32,451 nucleotides of DNA from Thermoanaerobaculia bacterium. Its GTDB lineage: Bacteria > Acidobacteriota > Thermoanaerobaculia > UBA5066. Both the position numbers and the translations under genes were made by a program. The DNA lies in assembly GCA_022071945.1 (NCBI GenBank), contig JAJVIN010000021.1, positions 1-32,451 on the forward strand, given 5' to 3'. Position 1 is the stretch's first letter. Each line of letters begins with the position of its first letter. This document shows positions 9,578 to 19,700 of this stretch, one piece after another. The notes under the pieces were generated by a model. The model was given only the letters and a program-made list of their open reading frames with translations, ran no database searches and was not told where the DNA came from.

Positions 9578-9649
9578 GACGCCGCCCGCATCGAATTCGC
9601 CCGTGATTTCGAATGACCCGAGAAGACCGAGCTAGAAAAGGCCCACCGG

Positions 9650-9708
9650 CAATCCGGCCGCCAGTAGTCCGGCCGCCGGTGGTCCGGCCGCCGGTGGTCC
9701 GGCCGCTG
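9650..9708. repeat. Tandem direct repeat of ~15 bp in about 4 copies (cagtagtccggccgc / cggtggtccggccgc / cggtggtccggccgc ...)
   Basis: Direct read: '...caatccggccgc cagtagtccggccgc cggtggtccggccgc cggtggtccggccgc tgg'. It lies in the divergent region between gatC and the nucleotidyltransferase gene. If translated it would give 'RPPVV' x3. Confidence 0.7.
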
Positions 9709-9729
9709 GCCTCCGTCATTCGGTCGCTT

Positions 9730-10920
9730 GTGGCCCGGTCAGCGGTCCGCGCGCTCGAGAGGGCGGCTCTCGATGTGACAGAACCGGTGTGGCTCGTCGG
9801 GGGAGTGATCCGGGACGCCTTTCTGGGCCTTGCGTCAAAGGATCTCGACGCGGCCTGCGGTCTCGGGGCCGGCGAGAGGATCGGCAAAGCAGTCGCACGC
9901 CGTCTGGGCGGTCGGGTCATCGTGGTCGGGAAGGCCCCGCGCCGCATCGTCAGGGTCGTGTGCCCGGCGGTCGAGATCGACCTGTGGGAGACCAGCGAAG
10001 AAGACTCGGAGAGCGACCTTCTGAGACGGGATTTCACGATCAATACCTTCCGCCTTTCCCTGCCTCGTCACGCGTTGACGAGCGCCCCCAGAGCGCTGGA
10101 AGACCTGGAGAACGGACACCTCAGGCTCCCCCGGCCACACGTCCTCATCGAGGATCCAGTCAGGGTTCTCAGGGCCGCCCGCTTCATCGCCCACTTTCCC
10201 TGGATGACGGTTCACCCCACGGCCCTCCCGGAATTGCGGGAGGCCGCGAGGCTGCTGCCCCTCACCGCGCCGGAGAGGCGCCTTTCGGAGCTCGACAGAC
10301 TCCTTTCGGTCCGCGCGCAGGAAGCCTCGTTGGCCCTGCGGCTCCTGGCCCGCTGGCGCGCCCTCGAGACCCTGATGCCGGGTTTCTCGCCTCTCCAGAT
10401 CCGGCTCGGGTGCTCTCTCGTCTCGAGATCCGCTCTTCTCGACGCGGGTTTCCTGAGAATCCTCCTGCTCTGGTCCGCCGGGGAGGACCGCGCCCTCACA
10501 ACGTTGGAAGGCTGGCGTGTCCCGGGCCGGGAAACGGAGATGGCCCGGCATCTCTTCGGGCTGAGGGCCGCAACACTCGACCCACCCTCTCAAAAAGACG
10601 CGCTCGTGCGATTCGTCCGCCTCATCTCGCCTTTCCCGAGGGAGTCCATCGAGCTCCTGCGTCTGACCGGGCCCCAGAATCTGGAGCCCCTCCTCGCGTC
10701 CGCGCGGCGCGTCGTGGCAGACCGAAGGAGACTCGGGAGGATTCTCGCCCCTCCCAGGCCGCTTCCCACAGGCGAGATCTTCCGGCTGGCCCGAGTCGGT
10801 CCCTCTCCCGAAAGAGCCCGGCTCCTGGAAGAGGTCGACTGCCTCCTGGCCGCCGGCACGATTCGATCAGCCGCATCCCTCGCGCGATTCCTGACGCGGC
10901 GAGAGGCCATGGAGGCCTGA
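9730..10920 (+). CDS. tRNA nucleotidyltransferase (CCA-adding enzyme) / poly(A) polymerase family protein
   Basis: Head-domain motifs 'VWLVGGVIRDAFLG...KDLD' and 'RRDFTINT'. The ORF is open from 9613, but that N-terminus is translated tandem repeat. The GTG at 9730 ('VARSAVRALERAALDVT..') gives a typical length. The start is uncertain. Confidence 0.7.
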   Translation: MARSAVRALERAALDVTEPVWLVGGVIRDAFLGLASKDLDAACGLGAGERIGKAVARRLGGRVIVVGKAPRRIVRVVCPAVEIDLWETSEEDSESDLLRRDFTINTFRLSLPRHALTSAPRALEDLENGHLRLPRPHVLIEDPVRVLRAARFIAHFPWMTVHPTALPELREAARLLPLTAPERRLSELDRLLSVRAQEASLALRLLARWRALETLMPGFSPLQIRLGCSLVSRSALLDAGFLRILLLWSAGEDRALTTLEGWRVPGRETEMARHLFGLRAATLDPPSQKDALVRFVRLISPFPRESIELLRLTGPQNLEPLLASARRVVADRRRLGRILAPPRPLPTGEIFRLARVGPSPERARLLEEVDCLLAAGTIRSAASLARFLTRREAMEA

Positions 10921-10969
10921 CACCTGACCTCTTGGCCCTGGATCCGGACTCGGGAGTCTCGAGCCGCCA

Positions 10970-10998
10970 TTGACCCGCCCGGGTGAGGGTGTTACTTT
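10970..10998 (+). promoter_or_regulatory. Candidate sigma70-type promoter upstream of the pilT-like gene (TTGACC-N17-TACTTT)
   Basis: TTGACC at 10970-10975, a 17-nt spacer, then TACTTT at 10993-10998. It sits ~36 nt upstream of the pilT ATG, and a GGGAGAAGAG ribosome-binding site follows. Confidence 0.3.
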
Positions 10999-11033
10999 GC
11001 CGATTAAGCGCGCAGACAGGGAGAAGAGTGGCG

Positions 11034-12503
11034 ATGCCAATGGACCTGACGGAACTCCTGAAGTTCGTCACGAAGAAGGAAGCCTCGGACCTTCATCTGA
11101 AGCCCGGGCGGCCGCCCCTCCTGCGCGTGAACGGCCGCCTCGTCCCGCTCAAGACCGACCCCCTGGCCCCGAAAGATCTCGAAGACATGGTCTTGCCGAT
11201 CCTGTCGCCCATGCAGCGCGAGAAGCTGATGGTGAACTACTCGGTGGACATCGGATACGGCGTGCAGGGTGTGGCGCGGTTTCGAGGCAACATCTTCCTC
11301 CAGCGCGGCAGCTGGACTGCCGTCTTCCGCCGGATTCCCTTCCAGATCCCGTCCGTCGCGGACCTGAACCTGCCCGACGTCCTGGGAACGTTCATGGATC
11401 TTCCGAACGGCCTCGTCTTGGTCACGGGACCGACCGGATCGGGCAAGTCGACGACCCTGGCCTCGGTCATGAAGGGCATCACGGAGCGGCACCCCGTCCA
11501 CATCGTCACGATCGAGGATCCGATCGAGTACCTCTTCCAGGACAACCTCGCATCCGTTTCACAAAGAGAAGTCGGCACGGACACGGTCTCGTTCGAGGAG
11601 GCCCTCAAGAACGCCCTGCGCCAGGACCCCGACGTCATCATGGTGGGCGAGATGCGGGACTGGGAGACGATGTCGACCGCCATCACGGCGGCCGAGACGG
11701 GCCACCTCGTCTTCTCGACGCTCCACACGAACAACGCGGCGCAGACGATCGACCGCATCATGGACTCGTGTCCGCCCACGATGTCGAATCAGGTCCGCCG
11801 CCAGGTCGCGCTCGTCCTTCGGGGAATCGTCTCGATGTCCCTCATCGAGCGCGTCGACGGGAAGGGTCAGATTCCCGTCGTCGAGGTCCTGATCAACTCG
11901 CCGAAGATCGCCAAGCAGATCGAGAACGGCGAGACGAAGGAAATCCTGGAGGAGATGGAGACGTCGGTCGGCTACTACAAGATGCAGTCGATGAACCAGT
12001 CGCTGATCGCTCTCTTGGTCAACGGCATCATCGGCATCGACAAGGCGATGGCCGCCTCGAGCGATCCGGAAGACCTCTCCCTGAAGCTCCGAAAGCTGTT
12101 CCCCGAAATCGAAGAGAAACTCCGCGGAGGGATCACCATGCCGTCGCCCAATGACTTTTCCGCCATCACCGAGCTGATGGACGTCAAGAAGCTCTACGAG
12201 GAGCAGGAAGAGAAGTGGCGCCTGCGGCTCCAGGAAAAGGAAGACCTCATCGCTCAGCTCGAGCAGGAGATCCGCGATCGCGAAAGAATGGTCGAGGCAC
12301 GCATGCAGCAGCAGGCGGACGTCGAGGGCGAGGTCGGCCGGATGCGTCAGGAAAACGAGCGCGTCAAACAGGAAGCCGCCGCCAGGATCGCGCAGCTCAA
12401 CGACCGCATCCGCGAGCTGAACCAGCGCCTCATGAGCGCCGGGGGGGCAGCCGCGGCTCCGGCTCCAGCTCCTCAGCCTCCCTCGGGGTTCTTCAAGCGC
12501 TGA
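11034..12503 (+). CDS. pilT: PilT-family type IV pilus retraction ATPase with an unusual ~140-aa C-terminal coiled-coil extension
   Basis: N-terminus 'MDLTELLKFVTKKEASDLHLKPGRPPLLRVNG'. Walker A 'GPTGSGKSTT', 'IEDPIEY', 'VGEMRD', 'AAETGHLVFSTLHTN' are all PilT hallmarks. The C-terminal 'KKLYEEQEEKWRLRLQEKEDLIAQLEQEIRDRERMVEARMQQQ...' reads as heptad-like coiled coil, ending in a Pro/Ala tail. The ORF begins at 10983, but the ATG with a ribosome-binding site is at 11034. Confidence 0.85.
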   Translation: MPMDLTELLKFVTKKEASDLHLKPGRPPLLRVNGRLVPLKTDPLAPKDLEDMVLPILSPMQREKLMVNYSVDIGYGVQGVARFRGNIFLQRGSWTAVFRRIPFQIPSVADLNLPDVLGTFMDLPNGLVLVTGPTGSGKSTTLASVMKGITERHPVHIVTIEDPIEYLFQDNLASVSQREVGTDTVSFEEALKNALRQDPDVIMVGEMRDWETMSTAITAAETGHLVFSTLHTNNAAQTIDRIMDSCPPTMSNQVRRQVALVLRGIVSMSLIERVDGKGQIPVVEVLINSPKIAKQIENGETKEILEEMETSVGYYKMQSMNQSLIALLVNGIIGIDKAMAASSDPEDLSLKLRKLFPEIEEKLRGGITMPSPNDFSAITELMDVKKLYEEQEEKWRLRLQEKEDLIAQLEQEIRDRERMVEARMQQQADVEGEVGRMRQENERVKQEAAARIAQLNDRIRELNQRLMSAGGAAAAPAPAPQPPSGFFKR

Positions 12504-12532
12504 CCGCCTTCCGCCGCGCCAGCTGACAGTTC

Positions 12533-14383
12533 GTGGGTAGACGACGCTCCCTCTGGCTGGCGCTGGCCGTGGCCGGCGTTCTCCTCGTCACTCTCGCTTT
12601 CGCCAGCTGGCGATGGCTCGATCGCAAGGTCACCCGCCTGGCGTCCCCCGAGTCTCACCGGGAAAAGTCCACCAGGGAGCTCCTGTTCCGCCCGCTCGCC
12701 CGTTCAGAGAAGGGCGCCAGCCTTCTCGGCGATGGCTCCGTCCGAACCCTGGCCAGACTCGGTGACGCGCTCTGGACCGGAGGAGGCAGCGGCCTCGATT
12801 CGGGACTTTCCCCGCTCACGCCGGCCGATGGTCTCGCCTCGCTCCGGGTCGCCTCGATCGCGGTCTTCAAGGAGTCCCTCGTCTACGCCCTGGAAGCGGG
12901 CGGCTGGGGCAGGGTCACCGTAGACGGACCCGAGGAGGCCTCGTCGGGCTTCGGGACCCTTCATGTCCGCCACATGGCGGCCTCTCCCGCCAGCGAGCTC
13001 TACCTGGCCGCGGCGGAGGGTCTTTTCCGCGTCTCGCCCGGCGGTCAGGAAATCGAACGGCTCGATGCGAGCTCCTTTCGCGCCGTCCTCCTGTTGCCCT
13101 CGGGGGGGCTCCTGGCCGGCGGAGAGACGGGCCTCGCGCTCTTTCCCGCCGCCTCCTCCGTCCGGGAGGAAGTACCGGCGCCGGACCCCTGGATCGAGGG
13201 CCTCGCGTTCGACGGAGCGAACGTCTGGGTCTCGACCGCTTCAGGCATCGCGCTCGGGGCCCTGGACGGCAGAAGCATCGTACTGAATCCGCACCCCAAG
13301 GGCTTCGGCCTCAGCTCCGGAGTCCTCTGGAGAGGGCGCTGGATCGCTCCGTCGGGCCCGGGCGAGAGACACCTGACGGCGCTTGCGGCCGGCGGAGACA
13401 GCGCGGAGATCGCGATCCCCGAGCCCTTCCCTCGCGTTCTGGCCTGGGCGGGACAGCTCTTTGGAGATGGCGATTCCGGCCTTCACGTCTACCTGGAAGA
13501 CGGGACCTGGCAGCTCGTGAAAAAGCGGCCGTCGCGTTCCCTCCCCTGGCCGCACGTCAACGCTCTGGCCGTCCGGGAAACGGATGCCTGGCTCGGGTTC
13601 TTCGACGGACCCATCGTCCGTTTTCGCAACCTCGACTCGATCGAAGCTCCCGGGTCCAGGGAACCGTGGGGAGTCAATGCCCTTCTCTCGGCGGGCGGCG
13701 CGGTCTATGCCGCGACCCTCCGTGGCGCGTACCGCATCGCGGGCGGAGCCTTCGAAAAACTGCCAGGAGGCGGCGCCGCGTTCTCCGTGGCAGAGAGCCC
13801 CGAGGGAGTGATCTTCGGCTTCGGCGAGGGAGTCCTGTTCCCGGGGCCCCGTCTCCTTTCGGCTTTCCACGGACTGCCGGGCAACCAGGCCTACGCGCTC
13901 GCGGCCGGCAGCCGTCCCGGAACCCTCTGGGTCGGAACTCCGAGCGGGCTCGGCCGCATCGAGGGGCGCCGGATCACGTTGAGGGTGGCGCGGGGAGAGG
14001 GCCGGCTTCCTCACCCCTGGATCACGGCGCTCGTCGAGGCCGATGAGGGGCTCTGGATCGCGACCTATGGAGGCGGGATTTGCCGGGTCGCGGAATCAGG
14101 CGGCGGACTCGCCTGGACTTCGTTCCCCGAGACGGCGGGCCTCAAGGTCAACCCGGGCGCCCTCGTGCGCACACCCTCTGGAGATGTGATCTTCGGCACG
14201 CAAGGCCAGGGCCTCTGGGGCCTACAGTCCGGGACACAGCAGTTCCAGCGGCTTAGAATTCCCTTGCCGTCCACAAATGTCTTCAGCTTGGCGCTCTACC
14301 CGGCGACCTCTCCGGCCACACTCCTGGCCGGAGCGGACGAGGGCTTGGCGTTTCTCCCGCTCGCTGCGCTCTTCAAACCCTGA
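12533..14383 (+). CDS. Membrane-anchored beta-propeller-like repeat protein (hypothetical)
   Basis: 616 aa with an N-terminal signal anchor 'LWLALAVAGVLLVTLAFASW'. Gly/Trp-rich repeats such as 'GLWIATYGGGICRV', 'GTLWVGTPSGLGRI', 'ANVWVSTASGIALG' resemble Reg_prop/PQQ-type propeller blades. Starts 30 nt after pilT and ends 10 nt before the next gene. Confidence 0.55.
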   Translation: MGRRRSLWLALAVAGVLLVTLAFASWRWLDRKVTRLASPESHREKSTRELLFRPLARSEKGASLLGDGSVRTLARLGDALWTGGGSGLDSGLSPLTPADGLASLRVASIAVFKESLVYALEAGGWGRVTVDGPEEASSGFGTLHVRHMAASPASELYLAAAEGLFRVSPGGQEIERLDASSFRAVLLLPSGGLLAGGETGLALFPAASSVREEVPAPDPWIEGLAFDGANVWVSTASGIALGALDGRSIVLNPHPKGFGLSSGVLWRGRWIAPSGPGERHLTALAAGGDSAEIAIPEPFPRVLAWAGQLFGDGDSGLHVYLEDGTWQLVKKRPSRSLPWPHVNALAVRETDAWLGFFDGPIVRFRNLDSIEAPGSREPWGVNALLSAGGAVYAATLRGAYRIAGGAFEKLPGGGAAFSVAESPEGVIFGFGEGVLFPGPRLLSAFHGLPGNQAYALAAGSRPGTLWVGTPSGLGRIEGRRITLRVARGEGRLPHPWITALVEADEGLWIATYGGGICRVAESGGGLAWTSFPETAGLKVNPGALVRTPSGDVIFGTQGQGLWGLQSGTQQFQRLRIPLPSTNVFSLALYPATSPATLLAGADEGLAFLPLAALFKP

Positions 14384-14393
14384 TGGAGATTCT

Positions 14394-16757
14394 ATGAACC
14401 GGCGTCTCGTGGCGCTCCTCGGCGCAAGCCTGATCGTCCTGGCCTCCCCCCTCCTTGCCCAGTCCGGCCTTCTGGTCCCGGCATCCAGCGGGGTGCCTGA
14501 CCCGAAAGTCCTCTCTCTGAGAGAGATGTCGATCGATGCGGGCATCGCGCGAGGGTTCGTGAGGGTCAACGTGAAGCAGGTCTACGAAAACCACACGGCG
14601 CTGATCCAGGAGGGAATCTGGCGGTTCCAGCTCCCCCCTTCCGGGCTCGTCGGCGACTTCGCGGTCTGGGATGGCCTCGTGAGAATTCCCGGCGTGATCC
14701 TCGAGAAGCGGCGCGCCCGGGCCATCTACAAGGAGTTGACGACGCAGCGGATCGATCCAGGCCTCTTGCAGCAGGGCGAGGAAGAAGACACCGAGCCATC
14801 GGGTTCGGGGCGGCCGGCCGACAGGCCGTCGGGCGGAGCGGGATTTTCCGTCCGCGTCGCCCCGATCCCGGCCTGGGGCACGAAACGTCTGGAGATGCAG
14901 TATCAGTACGAGGTGCCATGGGTCGACGGCTCGGGCGAGTTCCGGCTGGCCATCCGTCCCCGCGAAGGTGACGGGATGGTCGCCGGGACACTCGACGTCA
15001 GGGTGGTTCTCCTCGACGGCGAGTTCCTCCCCTTTTCGAAAAACAGCCTGGAGCTTTCAGTCAAGGGAAACGAGGCCTCTTTCTCGGGCCGGAACGTGAA
15101 GCTCGCGCGGGACGTGATCGTGAGGTTCAAGCCGAAGGTTCCCTCCGGGATGACGTTCTCGGCCTTCCGGAATCCGGCGGGGTCGCTCCCCGACGGTCTC
15201 TCCCTGGCCCCGTGGGAACGCCCCGCCGACGTCCCTCCGGAAAAGGACGGCTTCTTCCTCGTCGAGTACTTCCCATCGAAAGGCGGCTCCACGGTCGCGC
15301 GCGCCCAGGGCAAGGCTCCCGAAGAAAAACGCGACCCGATCTCGGTTGCCATCCTCTTCGACACGTCCCTCTCCCATCGCTGGGCAGGACTGGAATCCGG
15401 ATACAACTTCCTCAGCCGCGTCCTGGATTCCCTCAAGGGCGATGACCGTTTTGCCCTGGTGCCCTTCGATCTCGACCCCGCATCCGGCGTCGCGCTTGCT
15501 CGCCTCTCGCCCGAGAGCCGGAATCAGGCCTTGACCGCGCTTCGCGCCCGCGAGCTCGGGCCGGGCACAGACTTCGCCAAGGCCCTGAAGGCCGCCGCTG
15601 CCCTTCTGGGAAGCTCTCCCAATGCCCGCATCCTGGTGATCACGGACGGGTACGGGCTCGCGAAGAACCTCAAGGATGCGGCCGGAAGGCTGCCGGTGTA
15701 TTCCATTCTGACCGGTGAGGAACGCCGCGAGGCCTTCACGGTGGCGTCCGAGCAGAGCCTTCATCTGGCCTCCGCCAGCGAAGCCGACGAGACCCTCTTC
15801 CTGCGTGAGCTCGTGGCGCCCGCCCGAACAACTCAGAAGGCAACGCCGAAGGCTGTCAGCGCGGAGGTTCCCGTCGTCACATCGGGGGCCGCGAACCCCA
15901 GGGTGAGAGACGTCTACCCCGTCATGAAGCAGCCTCCGGTGCCCGGTTCCCTCTCGGGATGGGTCGGCCGCTACGAGGCGCCGGCGGCCAGCGTCACGGT
16001 TTCCCTCCGGGAGATCCCCGATCAGAAGACCGTCACGAGCTTTCCCGAATCCGCGCTCGAGGCCCGGGATCTCCCGAGGCGCTGGGCCAAGGCACGGGTC
16101 GACCACCTGCTCGCCTTGATCGAGCTCGAGGGGGAAAAGCGGGAGTGGATCGAGGAGATCATCGAGCTCTCCCGCCGGTACAAATTCGTCACCCCCTACA
16201 CGGCATTCCTGGCAGCCCCCCGATCGCTTCTGAGGCCGCGCCGGATCCAGCCCGGAGACCCCGTCATCCGGGTCGAGGCCGAAGAGGGCACGCGAGCCGT
16301 GACAGCCCTGCTTCCGTTCGGAAAAGCCCTCACCCTGACGAGGCGTCCGGGAACGCAGCTGTGGGAAGGCCGGTTCCTTGTCCCCGAGGGGACCAAAGAC
16401 GGTCCCATGTCCGTACGGCTCCTTCTGAGGGACGTATCGGGAAAGACGATCACAGAAACGAAGCGAGTCGTCATCGACGGGACCCCCCCCAGCATCCGTC
16501 CCGACCCTCCCCGCTCGATCTTGCCGGGGCGCCCCGCCGTCGTGGCCGCGCGGGCCGACTCGGATGTCATCTTCCTGTCCGTGAGGCTCGGCTCCGGCCC
16601 CCCGGTTCCCCTCAGGTGGAATCCCGAGACCAAGCGCTCGGAAGCGGAGATTCTCGTCCCGCCCTCGGCCGCCTCCGTGGAAGAGCTCTTCTTCGAGGCT
16701 TCTGACGGGGCCGGGAACCATGGCTTTGCCCGGACGCGGGTGGAGGTGCTGCAGTGA
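14394..16757 (+). CDS. Secreted VIT (vault/inter-alpha-trypsin) + von Willebrand factor A domain protein
   Basis: Signal peptide 'MNRRLVALLGASLIVLASPLLAQS', with a GGAG ribosome-binding site 6 nt upstream of the ATG at 14394. VIT-like N-domain ('VKQVYENHTALIQEGIWRFQLPPSGLVGDFAVWDGLVRIPGVILEKRRARAIYKEL'). vWA domain with MIDAS motif 'ILFDTSLSH'. The ITIH-like C-terminal motif 'KFVTPYTAFLA' is present. The ORF is open from 14277. Confidence 0.8.
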   Translation: MNRRLVALLGASLIVLASPLLAQSGLLVPASSGVPDPKVLSLREMSIDAGIARGFVRVNVKQVYENHTALIQEGIWRFQLPPSGLVGDFAVWDGLVRIPGVILEKRRARAIYKELTTQRIDPGLLQQGEEEDTEPSGSGRPADRPSGGAGFSVRVAPIPAWGTKRLEMQYQYEVPWVDGSGEFRLAIRPREGDGMVAGTLDVRVVLLDGEFLPFSKNSLELSVKGNEASFSGRNVKLARDVIVRFKPKVPSGMTFSAFRNPAGSLPDGLSLAPWERPADVPPEKDGFFLVEYFPSKGGSTVARAQGKAPEEKRDPISVAILFDTSLSHRWAGLESGYNFLSRVLDSLKGDDRFALVPFDLDPASGVALARLSPESRNQALTALRARELGPGTDFAKALKAAAALLGSSPNARILVITDGYGLAKNLKDAAGRLPVYSILTGEERREAFTVASEQSLHLASASEADETLFLRELVAPARTTQKATPKAVSAEVPVVTSGAANPRVRDVYPVMKQPPVPGSLSGWVGRYEAPAASVTVSLREIPDQKTVTSFPESALEARDLPRRWAKARVDHLLALIELEGEKREWIEEIIELSRRYKFVTPYTAFLAAPRSLLRPRRIQPGDPVIRVEAEEGTRAVTALLPFGKALTLTRRPGTQLWEGRFLVPEGTKDGPMSVRLLLRDVSGKTITETKRVVIDGTPPSIRPDPPRSILPGRPAVVAARADSDVIFLSVRLGSGPPVPLRWNPETKRSEAEILVPPSAASVEELFFEASDGAGNHGFARTRVEVLQ

Positions 16758-19700
16758 AAGCGACTCGAGGACGGCGGCGATTCCCGCGGCGTCGAATCCT
16801 GGCCCTTTTGCCCGCGAGTCTCTCGCTGCTGGCGCTGGGCGCCCTCGCGAGCGCCGGGTCCTACATCCCTTTCGAGGACCTCACGGACAAGGACGGCCTG
16901 GCGGCGGTCCTGAGGCGGACCGCCAGAATCGAGGGGCGGATCGTCTACTACCCTGCACCTCCGGCCGAGGCTGAGCCCGAGCTCTCGCGGCGGTCGGCCG
17001 CAGCGGACGCGGAGGCCCAGGCGGCCACCCGGCACCTCGCCGCGACACGGCGGGAGCTGGGCAACCTCAAGGGAGCCCAAGAAGCCATGACCCGGTGGGC
17101 CACGGCAAGCGCCAGCGAAGCTGCTGAAAGGTGGGCGGAGACGGCCCGATGGGCGCGTTCTTACCGGCTCTTCCCGTTCGCCTTCGAAGCGGCCGAGAAG
17201 GCCTTGCAGGCTCCGGCGGGGGCCGGAAGCGAGGCTGGCAGAAAGAAGCTCGCGAGTGACAGGATCGACTGGGCGCAAGCCTTCCCCGAGCACGCGAGCG
17301 CGGAGAAGCTCGTCGAGGCCCGCGCGAAGCTCTTCCCGGAAGATCAGGCCTTTTTCAACGCGTGGATCCAGTCCCTCGAGAAGTCGAACCGGATCAAGGA
17401 CGCCGAGGAGGCGCTCAGGAAGAACACCAGCCTCTCGGAAGAGAACCGGGCCGTCCTGGTGGCGCGTCTGAAGAAGAAGTCAGGCGACGGCACGGGAGCC
17501 CTGTCTGTCCTGGAGACCTTCATCAGCCGGTCGGGCCGGGCCCCACAGCAGGCCACATCCACCCTGTTTTCCGAGGTCGTTCTGGCCACCGCGCCGTCCA
17601 GAGTGGACGAGTGGCGGGCCACCCTGGACAAGAAGTTCGACGCGACCGCCCTCCTGTTGCTCGAGGTCTTTTTCAAGGGCAAGGGGCGTGGAGACCTGGC
17701 GCTTCAGCTCCTTCAGCAGTCCGATGCCCGGCACCTGGGCAGCGTCGACCGCAAGGGAGCGATGCTCCTCGCCCAGCTCTACGAGGGTCTCAACGCCGTT
17801 CCCGAGGCGTTCCGGACGCGTCTGGCGTCATCGAGAAACGCGAACGAGAAAGAGAAGCTCGACGATCTTGCGGCCCTCGCTTCCCTTGCGCTGAAGGCCG
17901 GTTCGCGTCCCCTCGCCTGGGGTCAGTTCAACGAGGAACCCTACCGGTGGGCGGCCCGGATCGACGTGACCCCCGGCTTCTTCACGGGGGGCCTCTCGCT
18001 CCTCTTGACGGGATTCGACGGAAAGGCCTCTCTTTCCGAGCTCGAGAATCAGCGGCTGCCCGACAGGACCTTCCGGACGGCCCAGGCCCTCATCGCGGAG
18101 CTCGAGAAGAGGTCTCCCACACACCCGAGCCTGCCGGCGCTCGCCCTTGGCACGATGGAAAAGCTCGTCCAGCGCAGCGAGGGTTCCAAGGCGCTCGAAC
18201 TTCTGCCCAAGGCGGACAAAGGTACGGCGGAAATCAGGGCTGCCGCGCGCAAGGTCGCTCTCCTGGCGATCCGCCAGACGAAAGCGCCCCTGGATCGCGA
18301 AGCCGCTCTGTGGAAGGAGCGGCTCGCGCTTCTTGCACCTGACGGATCGAAGGTCACCTTCCAGGCCTACCGGAGCGCCCGCTCCGAGGAGGACGAGAAC
18401 GACGAGGCGGACCCGCCAGGAGCACCCGCGGAGTCCAGGGGAATGGCTTCTCCCGAGTACCAGTGGGTCTTGCAGGAGGCGCTCTCGCGGCTCTCGAGCC
18501 GGGACAAGTCGAACGCGGCCTCTCTCGCTCTCCTCCTCAACGAGATGGACCGGCTGCCGAAAGCCGAGCCCCTCTGGACGTACGCCTGCAACGAGATCGA
18601 GCGCTGGACCCTCGACTCCACGCTCGAGAGCCGTTACAAGCACGCCCTGAAGACGTTCGAGGGAACCGAGTGGTGGAAGCGCGTCTTCCGCTGGTACGTC
18701 CGTCAGAAGCGGGGGGCCGAGCAGCGCGCGCTCGCCGACGAGGTCGTGGCGACGTTTCGGACGAGCGAGATCTTCCGGCGGGATCCAGGATTCCAGGGAG
18801 CCATTTCACTCGAAGGCCAGCCGAATCCCTTCATCACGATCAGCGACTACATCCGGCTGAAGGCACTCGAGCGATTCCCGGCCTCGCCACAGGTCCTCAG
18901 GGAGGCCGAGTCGCGCCTGATCTCCCGCTCCATCTACCAGGGGCTCTCGACGAGTGACCGGGCGGCGCGTCAGGGCTACGGGGTCGTGGAAGACGCGCTC
19001 CTCGAACTGCGCCGGGATGCCGTGCTCTTCATCGAGCCCGCGAGGCGCGCCGCGTTTCTCGACCGCCTGATGAAGGAGAACCGGCTCGAAGCCTTCCTGA
19101 AGGCTCTGGAGGCGAGCCCCGAGAAGACTCCCGTGGAGCTTCGGTTCCTGTCGGATGGCTGGAGCCGGCTCTCGAAGTTCGAACTGGCGGCGGGCTACGC
19201 CCTGAAGCTCTCGGAGCTCTACCCGGCCGCCCCGGACGCGGCCTCGGATGCCATCACGCTCCACCGCTCGATCTCGGGACTCTCCCCCGCCATGGCGGAG
19301 AAAGTCCTGCCGATGGTGAGACGGCTGGCCGCGACAGGCGCCGACACCACCGCCCTGTGGACGAACGCGGGCGAGATGTGGCAGGACCTCGACCAGCCCG
19401 GACGCGCCTCGGAGGCTTTCGAAAGGATCCTCGAACCAGGACCCAGGGAGCCGTCCCGGATCCTCGACCTCGCCACGGTCTACTGGGACTACGGCCGGAT
19501 GGACGAGGCCGAAAGGGTGCTCCGGGACGGGAGAAAGCGCATCTCGGAGCCCAGCCTGCACGCCTTCGAGGCCGGAGTGCTGCGCGAAGAGAAAAAGGAC
19601 ATCGACGGCGCCTTGACCGAGTACCTCGCCGCCCTGGACGGCGAGGGAGAGGCATCGGAAGAGAGCAGCTGGGACCCTCACGACTACCGCGCCCTCCGCC

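Noticed and set aside
9492-10973. Antisense or alternative-frame ORFs over the nucleotidyltransferase gene (9492-10043 -, 9789-10973 +, 9835-10593 -)
   Set aside because: The 'GRTTGG' repeats are just the tandem DNA repeat read in another frame. The PolyA_pol head motifs identify the true frame.
15057-16721. 554-aa minus-strand ORF inside the VIT-vWA gene, and similar long antisense ORFs inside the giant gene (18806-21358, 21761-23302, 20794-22335, 22963-24231)
   Set aside because: These are shadow ORFs: extreme R/G/P content, no motifs, and fully contained in strongly supported coding regions on the opposite strand or in another frame.
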